From the human T2T-CHM13v2.0 reference genome, Homo sapiens, in NCBI RefSeq assembly GCF_009914755.1, contig NC_060933.1: a stretch of 64,000 bases of DNA. One strand, given 5' to 3'. Under the pieces are notes generated by a model, which was given only the letters and a program-made list of their open reading frames with translations, was not told where the DNA came from and searched no databases. This document shows, in pieces, positions 28,004-42,785 of the stretch; position 1 is the stretch's first letter; each line of letters opens with the position of its first letter. A program made the translations under genes and the position numbers.

Positions 28004-28997
28004 TTTTTCTTTTCCTTTTGCAGTCTGTGGTTGCAAAAGGAAAAGCCCTTCCCAAACTAGATCCAGCCTTCTGTTCAAGTTATGTTTCCCCCCATGAACC
28101 CTCTTCTCTAGACATCCACAACTCTTCAGTCTTCCTGAGCCCTTGTGTGTGTTCCACACCAGCATGGCATGCTCCTTCCCCTTCTCTGTCTGACATCATC
28201 TTTGTTATCCTTTCAGGCTGTGCTCAGATGTCCTCTTTCCTGTCCAGACACTTCCCACTTCTCTGCTGCGCTAATTGTTGTTTCACAGTATGTGCCTATG
28301 TGTGTTATTTTTAAACCTGTATTTTGGTATCTGGCACTCTCTCTGACACTTAGTAGATGCCCAGATATTTCTGAATAAGTGAAGGTTTGATCATGACTGA
28401 AAACTTACTACTTTCTCTCTTTCTGTTTCTACACGCATTCACATACACGCATATAAACACAAAAATTTTAGAATAATTCTATTGTATACCAATTAAAAAA
28501 GTAGTTTTGAGGAGAATTTTGAAAAGTTAAGATTTTTATGTGTCTCTTGTTTTCTCATTTATTGGTTGATCTTGTGCAAGCCACCTAGATTTTACCTTAC
28601 CTTTTTTATTTGTGAAATGCAGGGATGGTATTTTTTGCCCCCCACCCCACATATTTTCAAATGCCTTAAAAATCTGCAAATGTAAAATGTAATTGCATTG
28701 TGTAGTTGTACTATTTATATTCAAAAGTTAAAGTATCAGCAGCTCATGGGGCCAATGTAGTATCTTCTGTGTATTTGAGGTGTAATTAGAGCAGGTTAGA
28801 TTATACCTTTAATTCTAGAAGATAATCTTAGAAAATTATGCTGGTGTGAGGTATCATTCACACATCAGTATTAATTCTTCATCCCTATTGTAAATTGCAA
28901 AGTATAAGCTTTGCAGATAGTGAATTATCCTGTCATCTCTGCATATTATAATTTGTGGGTAACCTTGGTTATTTTTAAATTTAAAAATGTGTTTTTT

Positions 28998-29300
28998 GGG
29001 TGAGGTGCGGTGACTCATGCCTGTAATCCCAATACTTCGGCAGGCCGAGGCAGGCGAATCACTTGAGGTCAGGAGTTCGAGACCAGCCTGGCCAACATGG
29101 TGAAACCCTGTCTCTACTAAAAATACAAAAATTAGCCGGGCGTGGTGACTTATGCCTGTAATCCCAGCTACTCGGGAGGCTGAGGCAGGAGAATCACTCG
29201 AACCCGGGAGGCGGATCTTGCAGCGAGCTGAAGCTGAAATTGCACCACTGCACTCCAGCCTAGGTGACAGAGCGAGACTTGGTCTCAAAAGAGAAAAGAA
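28998..29300 (+). mobile_element. AluS-like
   Basis: Full Alu; TSD tgtgtttttt. Confidence 0.95.
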
Positions 29301-29561
29301 GTGTGTTTTTTTGAATAGATAATATATTCACATTGGATATTTTAGGCAAAGCCTCTGTCCTATCCCAGTATCTGTGTTTTATCCCCCCTGTGGAAGACAA
29401 ACTGTTAGTAGGTCTTATTATATTCTATGTAATATATAATAGAAAATTTGTATGTATGTGTATTTACATGTATATTTTCCTTCCTTAACAAACAGAAATA
29501 GTAGCCTATTACATAGTATTCTTTAGTTTGCATTTTCAGTGAAAAAATATATCTTGGAGCT

Positions 29562-29985
29562 TGTATTAGGCTGTTCTTGCATTGCTATAAAGAAATACCT
29601 AAGGCTGGGTAATTTATAAAGAAAAGTGGTTTATTTTGGCTTACAGTTCTACAGGCTGTACAGGAAGCATGGTGCCAGTATCTGCTTCTGGCAAGGGCTT
29701 CAGGAAGCTTACAGTCACGGTGGAAGGCAAAGAGGGAGCAGGCATGTCACATGGCAAGAGCCAGGAGCAAGAGAGAGAGGGGGAGGTCCAAGATTCTTTT
29801 AAATAACCAGATCTCATGTGAACTAACTGAGCAAGAACTCACTTGTCACCAAGGGGATGGTAGTAAATCATTCATAAGGGATCTGCCTCCCGTAATTCAT
29901 TCACCCCCTACCAGGCCTCATCTCCAACATTTAGAATCATATGTCAACATAAGATTTGGAGGGGACAAACATCCAAACCATTTCA
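29562..29985 (-). mobile_element. MSTA/MSTB-type MaLR solo LTR
   Basis: tgtattaggc..ccatttca termini; TSD gagct/gaact. Confidence 0.85.
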
Positions 29986-30594
29986 GAACTCATTCTATAA
30001 AATATATAAACAGCTTTCTATTTTTTTTCTAGCTGCATAATATTCCATTGTGTGGATGAGCCATAATTTATCAATTTCCTATTATTTCTAATCTTTTACA
30101 ATAGATAGTGTTTCAGTCCTTAATCTTATACATATAGGTGGCCATAAATTTTTAAGGTTCTTTGGCTATTTGGCCAACATGTGGAAGAAAGCCTTGAATT
30201 TTATAATAAGCAAATATAGGAGTTTTAACAGTGGAAGGATGCTGGACATTTTAAACAAGATTTCTTATCTGAGAATGTTCATATTGTCTAAATTGTCATC
30301 CACAGGGAGATATAGACAGAATAGATGCTGAAGCTAACCAATTTAATTTTTGAATCAATTTGATCATAAAATATATAAGTGCTAAGTTTTCCTTATTGTT
30401 GCCAGTGGATATAATAATTATTTTTATGTCAGAAAACGTAATTTTCTTCATTTGCTTTATTTCAAGTAGCAGAACTTTGCGGTGTGTAGTGAATACGAAG
30501 ACTATACTTTGTACCGTTTATGTTTACAAAAAAAAAACCCCAACAAAATGAGAATCCATTTTAAGAAACAAGCTAATTAAAAACAAGACACTCA

Positions 30595-30990
<396 letters not shown>

Positions 30991-33900
30991 TAAAATGCAG
31001 GGAATGACTTTGGGTGAGACAGTTTGGGTCTTCAGTTTCCATTATTTAAATTTCTACTTGTCTCTGCCTTCTCTTTAATTAGAGGTTTATTGGAATCTAA
31101 AGGCACTTTGGGAACTGAGACACACCATGATTGCTTATCTTTGCTTTAGAAAAATGATTCTAAAATTTTATCTTTCCATCTTGCCTATTTATCTTCTAGC
31201 CTACTATCCTTCAGGAACTGAGAAAGAGAGAGGGGGGTGGATAGAAAAAGCCAATAGTGAGAAACAGCCTTCTATAGAATAGATGTTTAGAGAATGTAGC
31301 TTATTGAATTTTTTCAGCATTTAGAGCAGATTTTGAAAGCGTGAAAGAAAGATGGAAGGAAAAGTAGATGTGCCCATCTCTTCCAGCCTTATAACTTGCT
31401 CCTTCATCCTTTGTAAGTCTAGTCTATAAAATTCCTTTGGAACACGTATGGAAGCCCGCCTCCCACCTGAATCCAAGCCCACAATTTGAGAAACAGTGGC
31501 TTAGAGCGGGTTACATTGTATAGTCTAACTTTGAAAAAGACTTGACATTTGCAATGATCTGGTTGTCTAAACTTCAGGGAGTGGCTGGGAAAGGGTCTGG
31601 CTGTGCTTGAGAGACTGTTCTCTTCAAAGGAATAGTTTCATGTCCTAGAGTGTTCTCTGTTCAAAGCTGAGGCAACATGAAACAATTGTAAACTCGTTTT
31701 TATAGCTTCTGTAAACAAAGAAATGGATTTAAGAGCTCTAAAATGTTCTTTTCATCAGTAAGGAAATTTGAAAAAAAATTATTCCCTAGGGAGGGTGAAG
31801 GAAAGAAGGGGACCACAAAAGAAACACAGTAAGGAAATCATTATCACCAGTCGAATGTGAATTTTGAAATGAAATGAAACTGAAAATAAAGTGAAAGATA
31901 TATAGCAGCATATAGTTTTGTACACCTTTCAGGAATTGTTTTGAGTTTAGATTGTTTTTGGTTTTGTTTGTTTTTGTCTTTACATTGACTGTATCCTGGA
32001 ATAGAGTCCCAAACCATTTTTCTTTCCTTAGAATTTTTTTCCCCTTAACTGTGCTGGCTTCTAGAAGGCTCATGCAACCATTGTTACAGTTGCTTAGTAA
32101 CAGGATTGTGAATAAAAAATCTTGCTCTCCTGCGGAACCAGGTATTCAGTTTTGATACTGAGGTGTCATGACAGCCTGTAATTTCAGCTCAACTGCTTCC
32201 CCCATTTCTTGTCTTAATGTGCTTGGTAAGAAGGTTATACTCTGGATAAACCAGGCTAGCACTTGATTTGTATGCCTTTTGTGCTCTCAGACAGGGAAGG
32301 GACCTGCATTCGAGGTATTTGGGAATATAAAGTGTATTAAAGTGTATTTTCTGAGACTTCTAAAGTCTACCTTTTAATGAAATTTAGCATAGGATATTAA
32401 AAATTCTTGTAGTGGGTCCTAAGTAAAGCTGTTGGATTCAGTGAGTCTTTGATCATGGGCTGATGAAGGTTCAGTGGTTAAAAATGATTCTGAGAATCAT
32501 TTGGAGTTAAGATTTAGGATGATTTATGGAGAAAATTCTTGTCTCTCAGGGTCTTCTCTTTTATTGATGACCCTGTTCCTTGGGAAACTTAATTGCTTTG
32601 TTATGTAGGAAATGGCTAGCAACTGTATTCATATCTTGTTACATTATTGAAGCTTTTCTGTATTATTTAGCTTCTTTCTCTTTATTTTATTTGGCAGGAG
32701 AAGAAGAACCAAGGAAGGATGCCTTTATGAGGTTTCCTCCAAGGTTTAGGGAAGACAGCACATTTTAATCTGCAGCTGGGGTGTCAGAGCATTACTATCT
32801 GAATTTGATGTGGTTTCAAGGTTTATATTTATATTGATATTATGGCTTATTTAACTTTTAGTAGAGAGTGACAGAGTTGCTAGTCCATGTCTGTTTCCCA
32901 TCTTGTCTTTTAAATATTCCTTTTAAGCTTATTAGCTTGTTTCTAGATGTTCTCCTTCCTTTTGTTCCCCAATCCTTTTTTTTCCCCCTTGAAAATCCCA
33001 GAATTTCTCTCAACTTTCAGTTCCTAATCAGAAAAGTGGTTCCAGCCACTTTTCTGATCTAGCACATTCTGCCCTATTTCTTTTTAAGTTAGTTGATCTG
33101 GTTGAAGGCTTTGTCACAAAATCTTCCATTGTAGAGTCATGTATTTATGCTAAGATGTTTCTAGGTGATTTAAGAACAGTGGCTACTGAACACATGTTAC
33201 TTTTATAATGGAAAAATGCTTCAGAAGAAATCAGGCCATTTTTGGTACATGGAAGACAAATGAGTGCACAGAACTTTGTTAGGCAAAAGCTCAGTAACAT
33301 TACATCTCTTAGATTTTATTTTAAAGAAGCATTTTTTTGGTCATTCATTTAAGCATGGATTTCTCAGAACTGTTTATTTTGTCCGTGTCTTCTTGTCTCT
33401 GTTTATCTCTTTCATATAGTTTTATAGTTTTCTCATATAGTTTTATAATGAATTTAGACAATGATTTGATTATTTTTCTAGTGTTTATCATTCTCTTGTT
33501 TGCTGATGACTTACTATGCTTAAGACTGATGAATTATCTTGTTCAGGGGTCTGAAATCCTTTCCAGTTAAAAAGGGACTTGGCCACATTTGTTCCCATGA
33601 CACCTAGGGATGCATCCCTCTTGGGATGTTATGTCATTCTCTTCAACCCAAACCCAAACCCTTTTAATTCTACCCCTGGTCAAATATGGGTACAGTCTTG
33701 TACCTCATGTTTGGTATATTTTGAAAGCAAAGAATCAAGCATTATTTGTAGTCTTTGAAAAAGAGACCCAGCATACGTGAGCAGTGTTTAGTGTTGTAAT
33801 GAAATAATTCCCAAAGGGAATCTGATACATGTTATTCATATACACAGTAGTAATTATGCCATATTAACCTAGCAAAAACAGTCTGCCTGAGTGTTTTCTA

Positions 33901-33992
33901 GTTAGTGTAGTTGGTAGAGCTTGACTAAAAATTAAAAAAAAATTTTTTTTGAATCTTCAACGTCATAATTGACCCATACTCCCTCTCATTAT

Positions 33993-34348
33993 AGGCTAAC
34001 TATCCCCTGTCTGAAATGCTTGGGACCAGAAGTGTTTCAGATTTTATGTTTTTTGGATTTTGGGATATTTGCATATATATAAAGAGATATCTTGGATAGA
34101 CCCAAGTCTAAACACAAAATTCATTTATATTTCATGTACACCTTATACAGATAGCCTGAAGGTAATTTTGTACAATATTTTAAATAACTTTGTGCATGAA
34201 ACAAAGTTTTAACTGTATTTTGTCTGTAGCCTGTCACATGGCTTCAGGTGTGGAATTTTCAACTTGTGGTGTCACATCAGTGCTCACAAAATTTAGGATT
34301 TTGGAGCATTTAGGATTTTGGATTTGTTGATTAGGGATACTTAGTCTG
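33993..34348. mobile_element. Tigger4b (MER46B)-like DNA transposon
   Basis: Shares motifs with 19873-20108 plus a longer internal segment; TA flanks. Confidence 0.75.
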
Positions 34349-34889
34349 TATGAGAGGTGGGTCTTGGCTCTTATGCCTAGTGAAAATTGTGGCACCTTTT
34401 TGCATTGTCTCTTGCTACTGTGCTTGTGGCTTAGTTTTGAAGTTTCCTTTGCTCTCTTTAAGGGTTCTTGAGTAAATTCATCTTTTCCTGGCACCTGCCC
34501 AAGAAAGGACTTATTCCAGCTGATCTTTATTGTAGACTTTTGGCAGCAGTTTCCTGTGTGGATTAGGTCTCTTTGGGCTACCAGTTACAGAAATCCACTT
34601 GAACTAGTATGAGCAAAAATGGATTAATTTTTTTGATAAAGGAGTATGTATCTCATAGGACCCAAGAATAAATATGCACCTAGGCCTCAGAAACAAATGG
34701 GATATAAACTGTGTGTTTTGTTCTTCTTTCTTCCTGCAGACTTTCTCTGCCTCCTAGTTCACAGGGCACCACCTGCCCCTGGCTTAACATCTCTTGTATA
34801 TGAGGCAGCCAGACTGAGATTGGAATTTCCTGGCCACAATTACAGATTTCCAATGGTGGGACCTGGAGCTGGATCAGTCAGCTCTGCCA

Positions 34890-35370
34890 AGTGTTAGTTT
34901 TCTAGGGCTACTCTAACACAAGATGATAAACTTGGTGGCTTAAGACAACAGAAATTTATTATTTCATGATTTCATGATGCCTTGCAGCCAAAAACCAAGG
35001 TGTCAGCAGGACTAATTCCTTCTGGAGGCTCTGTGGGGGAATCTGTTCTATGCCTTTCTACTAGCTTCTGGTGGTTGATGGAAACCTTTGACATTCCTTG
35101 CCTTGTGGCCTTGTAACTTCAGTCTCTGCCTCTGTATGCTCATGGCTGACTTACCTGTATATCTCTTTGTCTCCAATACAGTATCCCTGTACTTTCTCTA
35201 TAAGGATACCGGTTATTGGATTTACGACCCACCTAGGATGATCTCATCCCAAGATACTTAATTTAATTATATCTACAAAGACCCTATTTCCATATAAGGT
35301 CACATTCATAGGTACTGGGGGTTGGGATTTAGATGTATCTTTTGGGGGGACACAATTTAACTTTCTGCTC
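34890..35370 (-). mobile_element. MLT1C/D-type MaLR LTR, probably nested in an older MLT1
   Basis: ttagttttctagggct..ggtggcttaagacaacagaaatttatt..ggggacacaatt. Confidence 0.7.
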
Positions 35371-36691
35371 ACTGTGTCTTGATTGTGTGAGCATATGTGT
35401 GCTAGGATCACTTATACAGTAACCATATGAATGCAGAGGGTGTGGTAATTTCCAAAACAGAGAGGAGACTGGAATGCTATTCCTGAGGAGTCCTCTGCAC
35501 TGGAACTGAATTTGGAGGAGAGCCACATGGAAATAGGTATTTCTCAGCCTTTCAGCTCTAGCTTTGAAACATAATTGTGCTTAAATACAAGTGACTAATA
35601 CTAGATCTATGTTGCTCAGACAGGGATAGAAGGAGGAGAGATTGAGTGAATGGAGAATCAGTGTCAAATATAATTGTTTAATTGTGGTGGTGGGATACTG
35701 CCTTGACTTCCCCCACCTCCCAGAATATTTTCTTTAAATTATAAATTATCTCTCTAAACAGCAATAATAATAGAAACAACCACTGCTTTGTTTTCTAGGG
35801 GAAGAGGGTTAAGGAAGAAAACTAGCCTTTCTTGAATATAAACTGTGTGCCCTGCCTTGTGCTTTAGAGCTTTACCTAAAATTCCCCACTTAAGTCTCAA
35901 AACAACCCTGGGAGTTTGGGGGAGACTTTTTCTTAGGTGGGATTGTGTTCTTTTCTCAGGAGGACATAGTATCTGATTGTTTTCATTTTTGATGATGTTA
36001 GCAGCTGTTGATGCTCAGTGACTAGATCCATTAATTCATTAGGGATTTCAAATGGTGACATTCTAATTCTATGTTTTTTTTCTTCACTTATTACCTGAAA
36101 TACTTCTATAAAGAGAATCTTCCCCATATCTACACCCAGAGGTATAATTTATATAGGAAAGGCAGGATATATATGTAATTCTTTTATTTACTAAATTCCA
36201 AAATAATGATTTTTTAAAGCATCCTTTCAGTGGTGACCAGTTACATTTTCTTATAAAATAATTATAATGAGCTTATGGATTTAAACATACTTGATGTATT
36301 TCAGTCCTCTTCTCCTCTATTTTTAAGGCTGTTTTTGGATCCACTCTTTAGAAGCAGCTTGAGAGAGGAGGGTGGAATTTACAAAGTTTCAAAAATCTTA
36401 TTGCTATTCAGTGATTTTCATATATAACAAGTGAGTTAAGATGGAGGGGAGTGAAAGAAACAGCATCTTCCAAATAGGACTTCTTGCCCCGGTCTTAATA
36501 TTAAGTCATAGGAACCATCTAATATTCCTAAGACTCTCTTAGGAATTAATTTACAGGGTGGTAGATTTAGCTATGTCATGGGCAATCCTCATAGCAGTTA
36601 AATCTCTGCATACATCTGAATATTTCTCTCTTACTTTTCTTATTCCATCAGGAATCTTAAGTTGGTTTTAATGTTGTAGGAATGTAGATTA

Positions 36692-37135
<444 letters not shown>

Positions 37136-37420
37136 TCATCTTCCCAGTATTTACAGTTATCCTATTTGCTAAATGTGTGATCCCTTAAATGAAAGGCCTT
37201 TTAGAAACACAACCAGTAATAGCATTCATATTATTTTGTAAAAAACTAAATAATGAATTTTGATATTAGAGATCAGATACATGAATTTCAGTGTGCATCT
37301 ATAAAGTTATGTAAATATAGAACTAGAAATACCTTCAGAGGTTACCTTGGGAGCCAAGCAAGATAGTACCTGAGCTGTATCCATCCATCCATCTATTAAT
37401 TAAACATATATTTATATGTA

Positions 37421-37709
<289 letters not shown>

Positions 37710-37739
37710 AATTAAACATATTTATTGAGTATATTTATT

Positions 37740-37894
37740 TATTATTTTATTTTTTTAAAGTTCTGGGATACATGTGCAAGATGTGCAGGTGTGTTACATA
37801 GGTAAACATGTGCCGTGGTGGTTTGCTGCAGCTATCAACCCATCACCTAGGTATTAAGCCCAGCATGCATTAACTCTTTTCCCTATTGCTCTCC
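37740..37894 (-). mobile_element. 155-bp 3' end of an older L1PA (PA8-PA10-like)
   Basis: L1 3'UTR terminus; perfect 14-bp TSD tgagtatatttatt at 37726-37739 / 37895-37908. Confidence 0.85.
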
Positions 37895-39147
37895 TGAGTA
37901 TATTTATTATCTCTTGTATTTCTGTGCTAGGTGCTGTGATACCGTGGTGAGGAATGCAGACGTAGTTATTGCACTCATGATGCTTTTGGTTTCAATGGAG
38001 AGATTGCCATAATTGCCTAGTTATAGAAACTCATTCAAAGTATACTGTGTTGGGAATGCCTTTAAGATGACGATTTGACTTAGTCATGGTGGTAAAAGCA
38101 GGCTTTCCTGAGGAAGTGACACCTAAGATGAGACGAAGGAGTAAATAAAAGTTGTCTAGGCAAACAGGAGTTGGTAAAACTTTCCAGTTACAGGAAATAG
38201 TATGTGCCAAGTTCCTGCTGTGGGAAGGAGATTGGCTGTTAAGATGGCCTGAAAGAATGCTAAGAGTGAGGGGAGAGTGGTATGAAATGAAGCTGGAAAG
38301 GTAGGTGGGATTCAGACAGTGCAGCGCATGATTGACAATCTTGATGATTTGGGTCTTTATCCTGGGTGGAGAAGGAATGTACTGAAGTGTTTTATCTAGC
38401 GGGTGTTAGTGATTCCACAAAAGGCCATTTGGAATGCAGTATGAAGATTAAAATGGAAAGTATTGGGTTTGGGGTAGGCACCTAGATGGGATACACAGAG
38501 ATTAGGTGGCTGTTGCTGTAGTCGAGTGAGAGGTGATGGTTGCTTGCACTAGAGATGGGGGAAGTAGAGGGATTTGTGAGATATTTAAGGGATGAAGCAT
38601 TCGTGGTGTACTGAATATGTAGATGACTGAAAGGGATATGTCAAAGGTGACTCCTTGATTTCTGGCTTTCTCTACATTTAGATAGGGAACATTAGAAGAC
38701 CAGGTGTGTCGGGGGAGAGCATGGGTTCAATTTTGGTTGTGTTGAATATGAGGCACAATTCAGATGCTGAAGTGGAAATGTCTAGTAGGCAGCTGGATAT
38801 GCCTTTTTTTGTTGATATCCCCTGAACACATTATACTATGAATAAGTTAGGCATAATATCTAATCAGCTCTTTTTTGCCCTGATTAAAGTCTTTACCTTG
38901 ATTTGTTAATTAACTCTTCCGGGTACCTGTGTACCTCAAACTCATAGAGTCTGCTTATCTAAAGTCTAATTCCAGTCCCTAAAAATGTTCCTCAGAAATC
39001 TGCTTTTTCAAATTAAATGACATGTTTTTGTGTCTGTGCTAAACTGTGACTGAATACAGGTCCTAAGCAGAAGACACCGTGGTTATTTCATTGTTTATTT
39101 CAATTTCTCCTCATACTGTCTATCCAGGAGATCACGTTTAATTTTTC

Positions 39148-39477
39148 TTTTTTTTATTATTATTATACTTTAAGTTTTAGGGTACATGTGCACAATGTGC
39201 AGGTTAGTTACATATGTACACATGTGCCATGCTGGTGTGCTGCACCCATTAACTCCTCTTTTAGCATTAGGTATATCTCCTAATGCTATCCCTCCCCACT
39301 CCCTCCATCCCACAACAGTCCCCAGATTGTGATGTTCCCCTTCCTGTGTCCATGTGATCTCATTGTTCAATTCCCATCTATGAGTGAGAACATGCGGTGT
39401 TTGGTTTTTTGTCCTTGCGATAGTTTACTGAGAATGATGATTTCCAGTTTCATCCATGTCCCTAAAAAGGACATGAA
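39148..39477 (-). mobile_element. Short 3' end of L1PA3/4-like LINE-1
   Basis: L1 3'UTR and the last ORF2 codons; TSD aatttttc at 39140-39147 / 39476-39483. Confidence 0.9.
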
Positions 39478-39512
39478 TTTTTCATTTGTGTTCAGGAAGT
39501 CCTTCCTCACTG

Positions 39513-39829
39513 GGCCAGGCACAGTGGCTCATGCCTGTAATCCTAGCATTTTGAGAGGTCAAGGCAGAAGGATTGCTTGAAGCCAGGAGTTTGAGACCAG
39601 CCTAGGCAACATAGTGAGACTCTGTCTTTAAAAAAAATAAAAAATTAGCCAGGTATGGTGATGCACACCTATAGCTCCAGATACTTGGGAGGCTTAGGTT
39701 CGAGCATCACTTGAGCTCAAGAGGTCGAGGCTGCAGTGAGCTATAGTGAGCTATGATTGCACCACTGTGCTCCAGCCTGGGTGACAGAGCAAGACCCTAT
39801 CTCAAAAAACAAACAAACAAACAAAAAAA
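39513..39829 (+). mobile_element. AluJ-like
   Basis: Full Alu with (CAAA)n tail. Confidence 0.9.
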
Positions 39830-40440
39830 GTCTTTTTCGCACTTTGAGATTATAAATATTTTTTAACTAATACAAAATAAAAGTTGTGCAAACAGTGGAA
39901 ATTGTAGGTAATGGAAGTCAGTGGTGAAACTACTTTTTGTCATCTTTTTTTTCTTTTCTTAAAATTCACTTTTGTTATTGAGCCCTGGTGAAAAGTAGGA
40001 AATGGCAGGACTGGAAGGACTCAGGGCTAATAGGGAGTCTTAAAGGTTCCTTCAAATCTTGGTCTTGGTTTCTGCTAGGATATAGAGAAAACCAGGGTAA
40101 TCTGAAGTCAGATCCAGGTACATGGAATTAGGAACCAACTAACCCCAGTGACATTGAAATCCCATTCCTAGACCTATAAAAAACATTTATATGCACATAT
40201 GCCAAGTGTTTTAGAATTGAATATTCCGTTCAAATGTATTTTGTTTTTAAACTTGCATTTTTCCACATAGTATGTGATGGTAATTTTTCCATGTCACATG
40301 CATAAATCTGTTTGCAACCTTATTAACAGCTGTAGAGTATTCTGTTTAAGAGGAGTCACATTTTAGTCATTTTCCTAATGACAGACATGTGTTTTTTTCT
40401 CTTCCTCTTTAAAAGATAACACATACAGTATAATATTGTC

Positions 40441-40708
40441 TTTTTTTTTTCTTTCTTGAGGTGATCTCACTTTGTCACCCAGGCTGGAGTGCAGTGGCGT
40501 GATCATGGCTCACTGCAGCCCCAACCTCCTGGGCTCAAGTGATCCTCCCACCTCGGTCCCCCAAGTAGCTGGGACTACAGGCTCATGCCACCACACTTGG
40601 CCAGTTTTTGTATTTTTTGTAGAGATGGGGTTTTGCCCAGTATGGTCTCAAATTCCTGGGCTCAAGCGATTCGCCCACCTTGGGCCTCCCAAAGTGCTGG
40701 GATTATAG
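40441..40708 (-). mobile_element. AluJ-like
   Basis: Alu similarity. Confidence 0.9.
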
Positions 40709-41256
40709 GAATATCTTCTTTTGAGTATAGATAAGGGTATGTCTATAGGATGGGGTCATAGAAGCAGAATTTATGGGAAAAGGGGTATAAAATTTTCATA
40801 GATACTGTCAATTTGCTCTGCACAAAGGCTGAACCAACATATCAACATGAAAGTGCTTACTTCCCCCACCTACTCTTTAACACTGAGTATTATGAATCTT
40901 ATTCTTCTGTGATTTGTGTATCTCTATTCTCTGCTCAGTTTGCTATTTTATGATCTGCTTTATTTTGTTGCTTTTCTTGTTTTGTGGGCATGTATGCTGT
41001 AAACATTTTATCTTAGACTCTCTCTTAACTTTGTTTTCACTCTGCTAAAAACTTTCCCTACCAACTTTGCTGAAACTATCTGGAATTTTAGTTACAGATT
41101 TTTCTTTTTGTTATTTTTTACATTTTTTCTCCATAAATTCTTTCAAAGCAATTGCTTTAATCTTTATAGTCACATTTGAAAAATAATTGTATGTTCTGAT
41201 ATTCATGCATACCAAAGTTACTTGTAGTCTACATGCTTTTTATTTCTTCAGTCAAT

Positions 41257-41616
41257 CCTTCCTTCCTTCCTTCCTTCCGCCTCCCCTCCCCTCCCTTCCC
41301 CTCCTCTTTTCCTTCTCTTTTCCTTCCCTGAGACATGTCTTTCTGTCATCCAGGTTTGAGTGCTGTGGTGAGATCATAGCTCACTGTAATCTCAAACTCC
41401 TGGGCTCAAGTGATCCTCCTGCCTCAGCCTCCTGAGTAGCTAGGACTACAAGTGTGTGCCATCATGCTTGGCTTATTTTTTAAGGTTTTTTTTTTTTTTG
41501 AAACGGGATCTCTCTATATTGCTCAGGCTGGTCTCAAACTCCTGACCTCAAGTGATCTTCTGGCTTCCAGCCACCAGAGTAGCTGGGGTTACAGGCACGA
41601 GCCACTATGCCTGGCC
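41257..41616 (-). mobile_element. AluJ-like with CCTT-rich tail
   Basis: Alu similarity. Confidence 0.85.
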
Positions 41617-42672
41617 TCTTCAATTGTTTTATCTTTAAAAAAAAAAAATAACAGCTTATTGGGATATAATTCAAATATTATAAAATCACTCTTTCAAAGT
41701 ATGTAATTCAGTGTTTTCAGTATAGTTACAAGGCTGTGCAATCATGCATTCTAATTTAACTGGAGAACCTCTTTAAGAAAAATTTTCAGAGTTTTATGTG
41801 TGAAAATATTTCTTTTCTGGTATTTTACTCACTTTTTTGGGGGAGGTGTTTGGACTTACTGAGTTTTATAAGCCTTTCTCTTATAACTCCACATGCATTG
41901 CTTCATTCAGTTTTGTTGTTTGTAGACAAGAATGCTGATGCCAAATTAGAAATGATGCAAGCCTAGTTGTTTTTATTTTATGAATTTTTTTGTTTTATAA
42001 AATTTAAGAGGTTATAGGATTTTTTTTATCCTTTGAGAAATGTCAGCAATTATTTTATTTCAGAAATCTTGCTTAGTACTTGGAAGCTTTTTCAATTTGA
42101 AGATGTAAGTGCAGTGAAATTTTCTTTGACTTTTGCTTCTCCAGTGGTTATGTTTTCTTCTAATTCACTATTTTGAGTTTTAGCATGATTCAAATTACTG
42201 TAACCTCTTTATGAAATCATACAGAATTCAACAATAATTTTCATTTTGCAGGAGTAGATCTCAGATCCAGAATAACAAAGACTTGAAAACAAGAAAAGCA
42301 GATTTTGAGCTAAGAGATGGAAAATACTAGAGATTTTTAGGAGTTAGGATGAGTTTGTAGTTAGTTTTAGGCAAATTCCAGGCTTCAGCATTCATTAACT
42401 CTGATGCCTGTGCTTACACAGCGTCATCTGAAAGAGGGAAGAACATTATTATCTTTATGTTATAGTATAAGTTTTGAATTATCCCAGCTTTTTGAAAAAG
42501 CATGTAATTTACTGACATACTATTCTTTATTTTTTAAAACAACGTAAGAGATGGGCTTATTATGATTTTTGATTATGAAGACGAGGATGTTGAGACCCCT
42601 AGGCATTAAGTGACTTGCCTAAGATTCCCTAGTTAATTCAAATTGAAGTAGGGGTTTAAATAAATATTAACC

Positions 42673-42785
42673 TGAAAGTATCCCTCTCAACCCATTTGAA
42701 ATATGTAAATCATAATATTTATTAAACATAATATTTATTAATATAAATAATATCTATTTCAAGTGGGTTGAGGGGGATAGTTTCA
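42673..42785. repeat. Inverted repeat with 31-bp arms (3 mismatches) and a 51-nt AT-rich spacer
   Basis: Arms 42673-42703 and 42755-42785 compared base by base. Confidence 0.9.

Noticed and set aside
33405-33450. Short imperfect duplications (also ~32328, ~47141/47181, ~48505)
   Set aside because: Ordinary slippage in AT-rich DNA.
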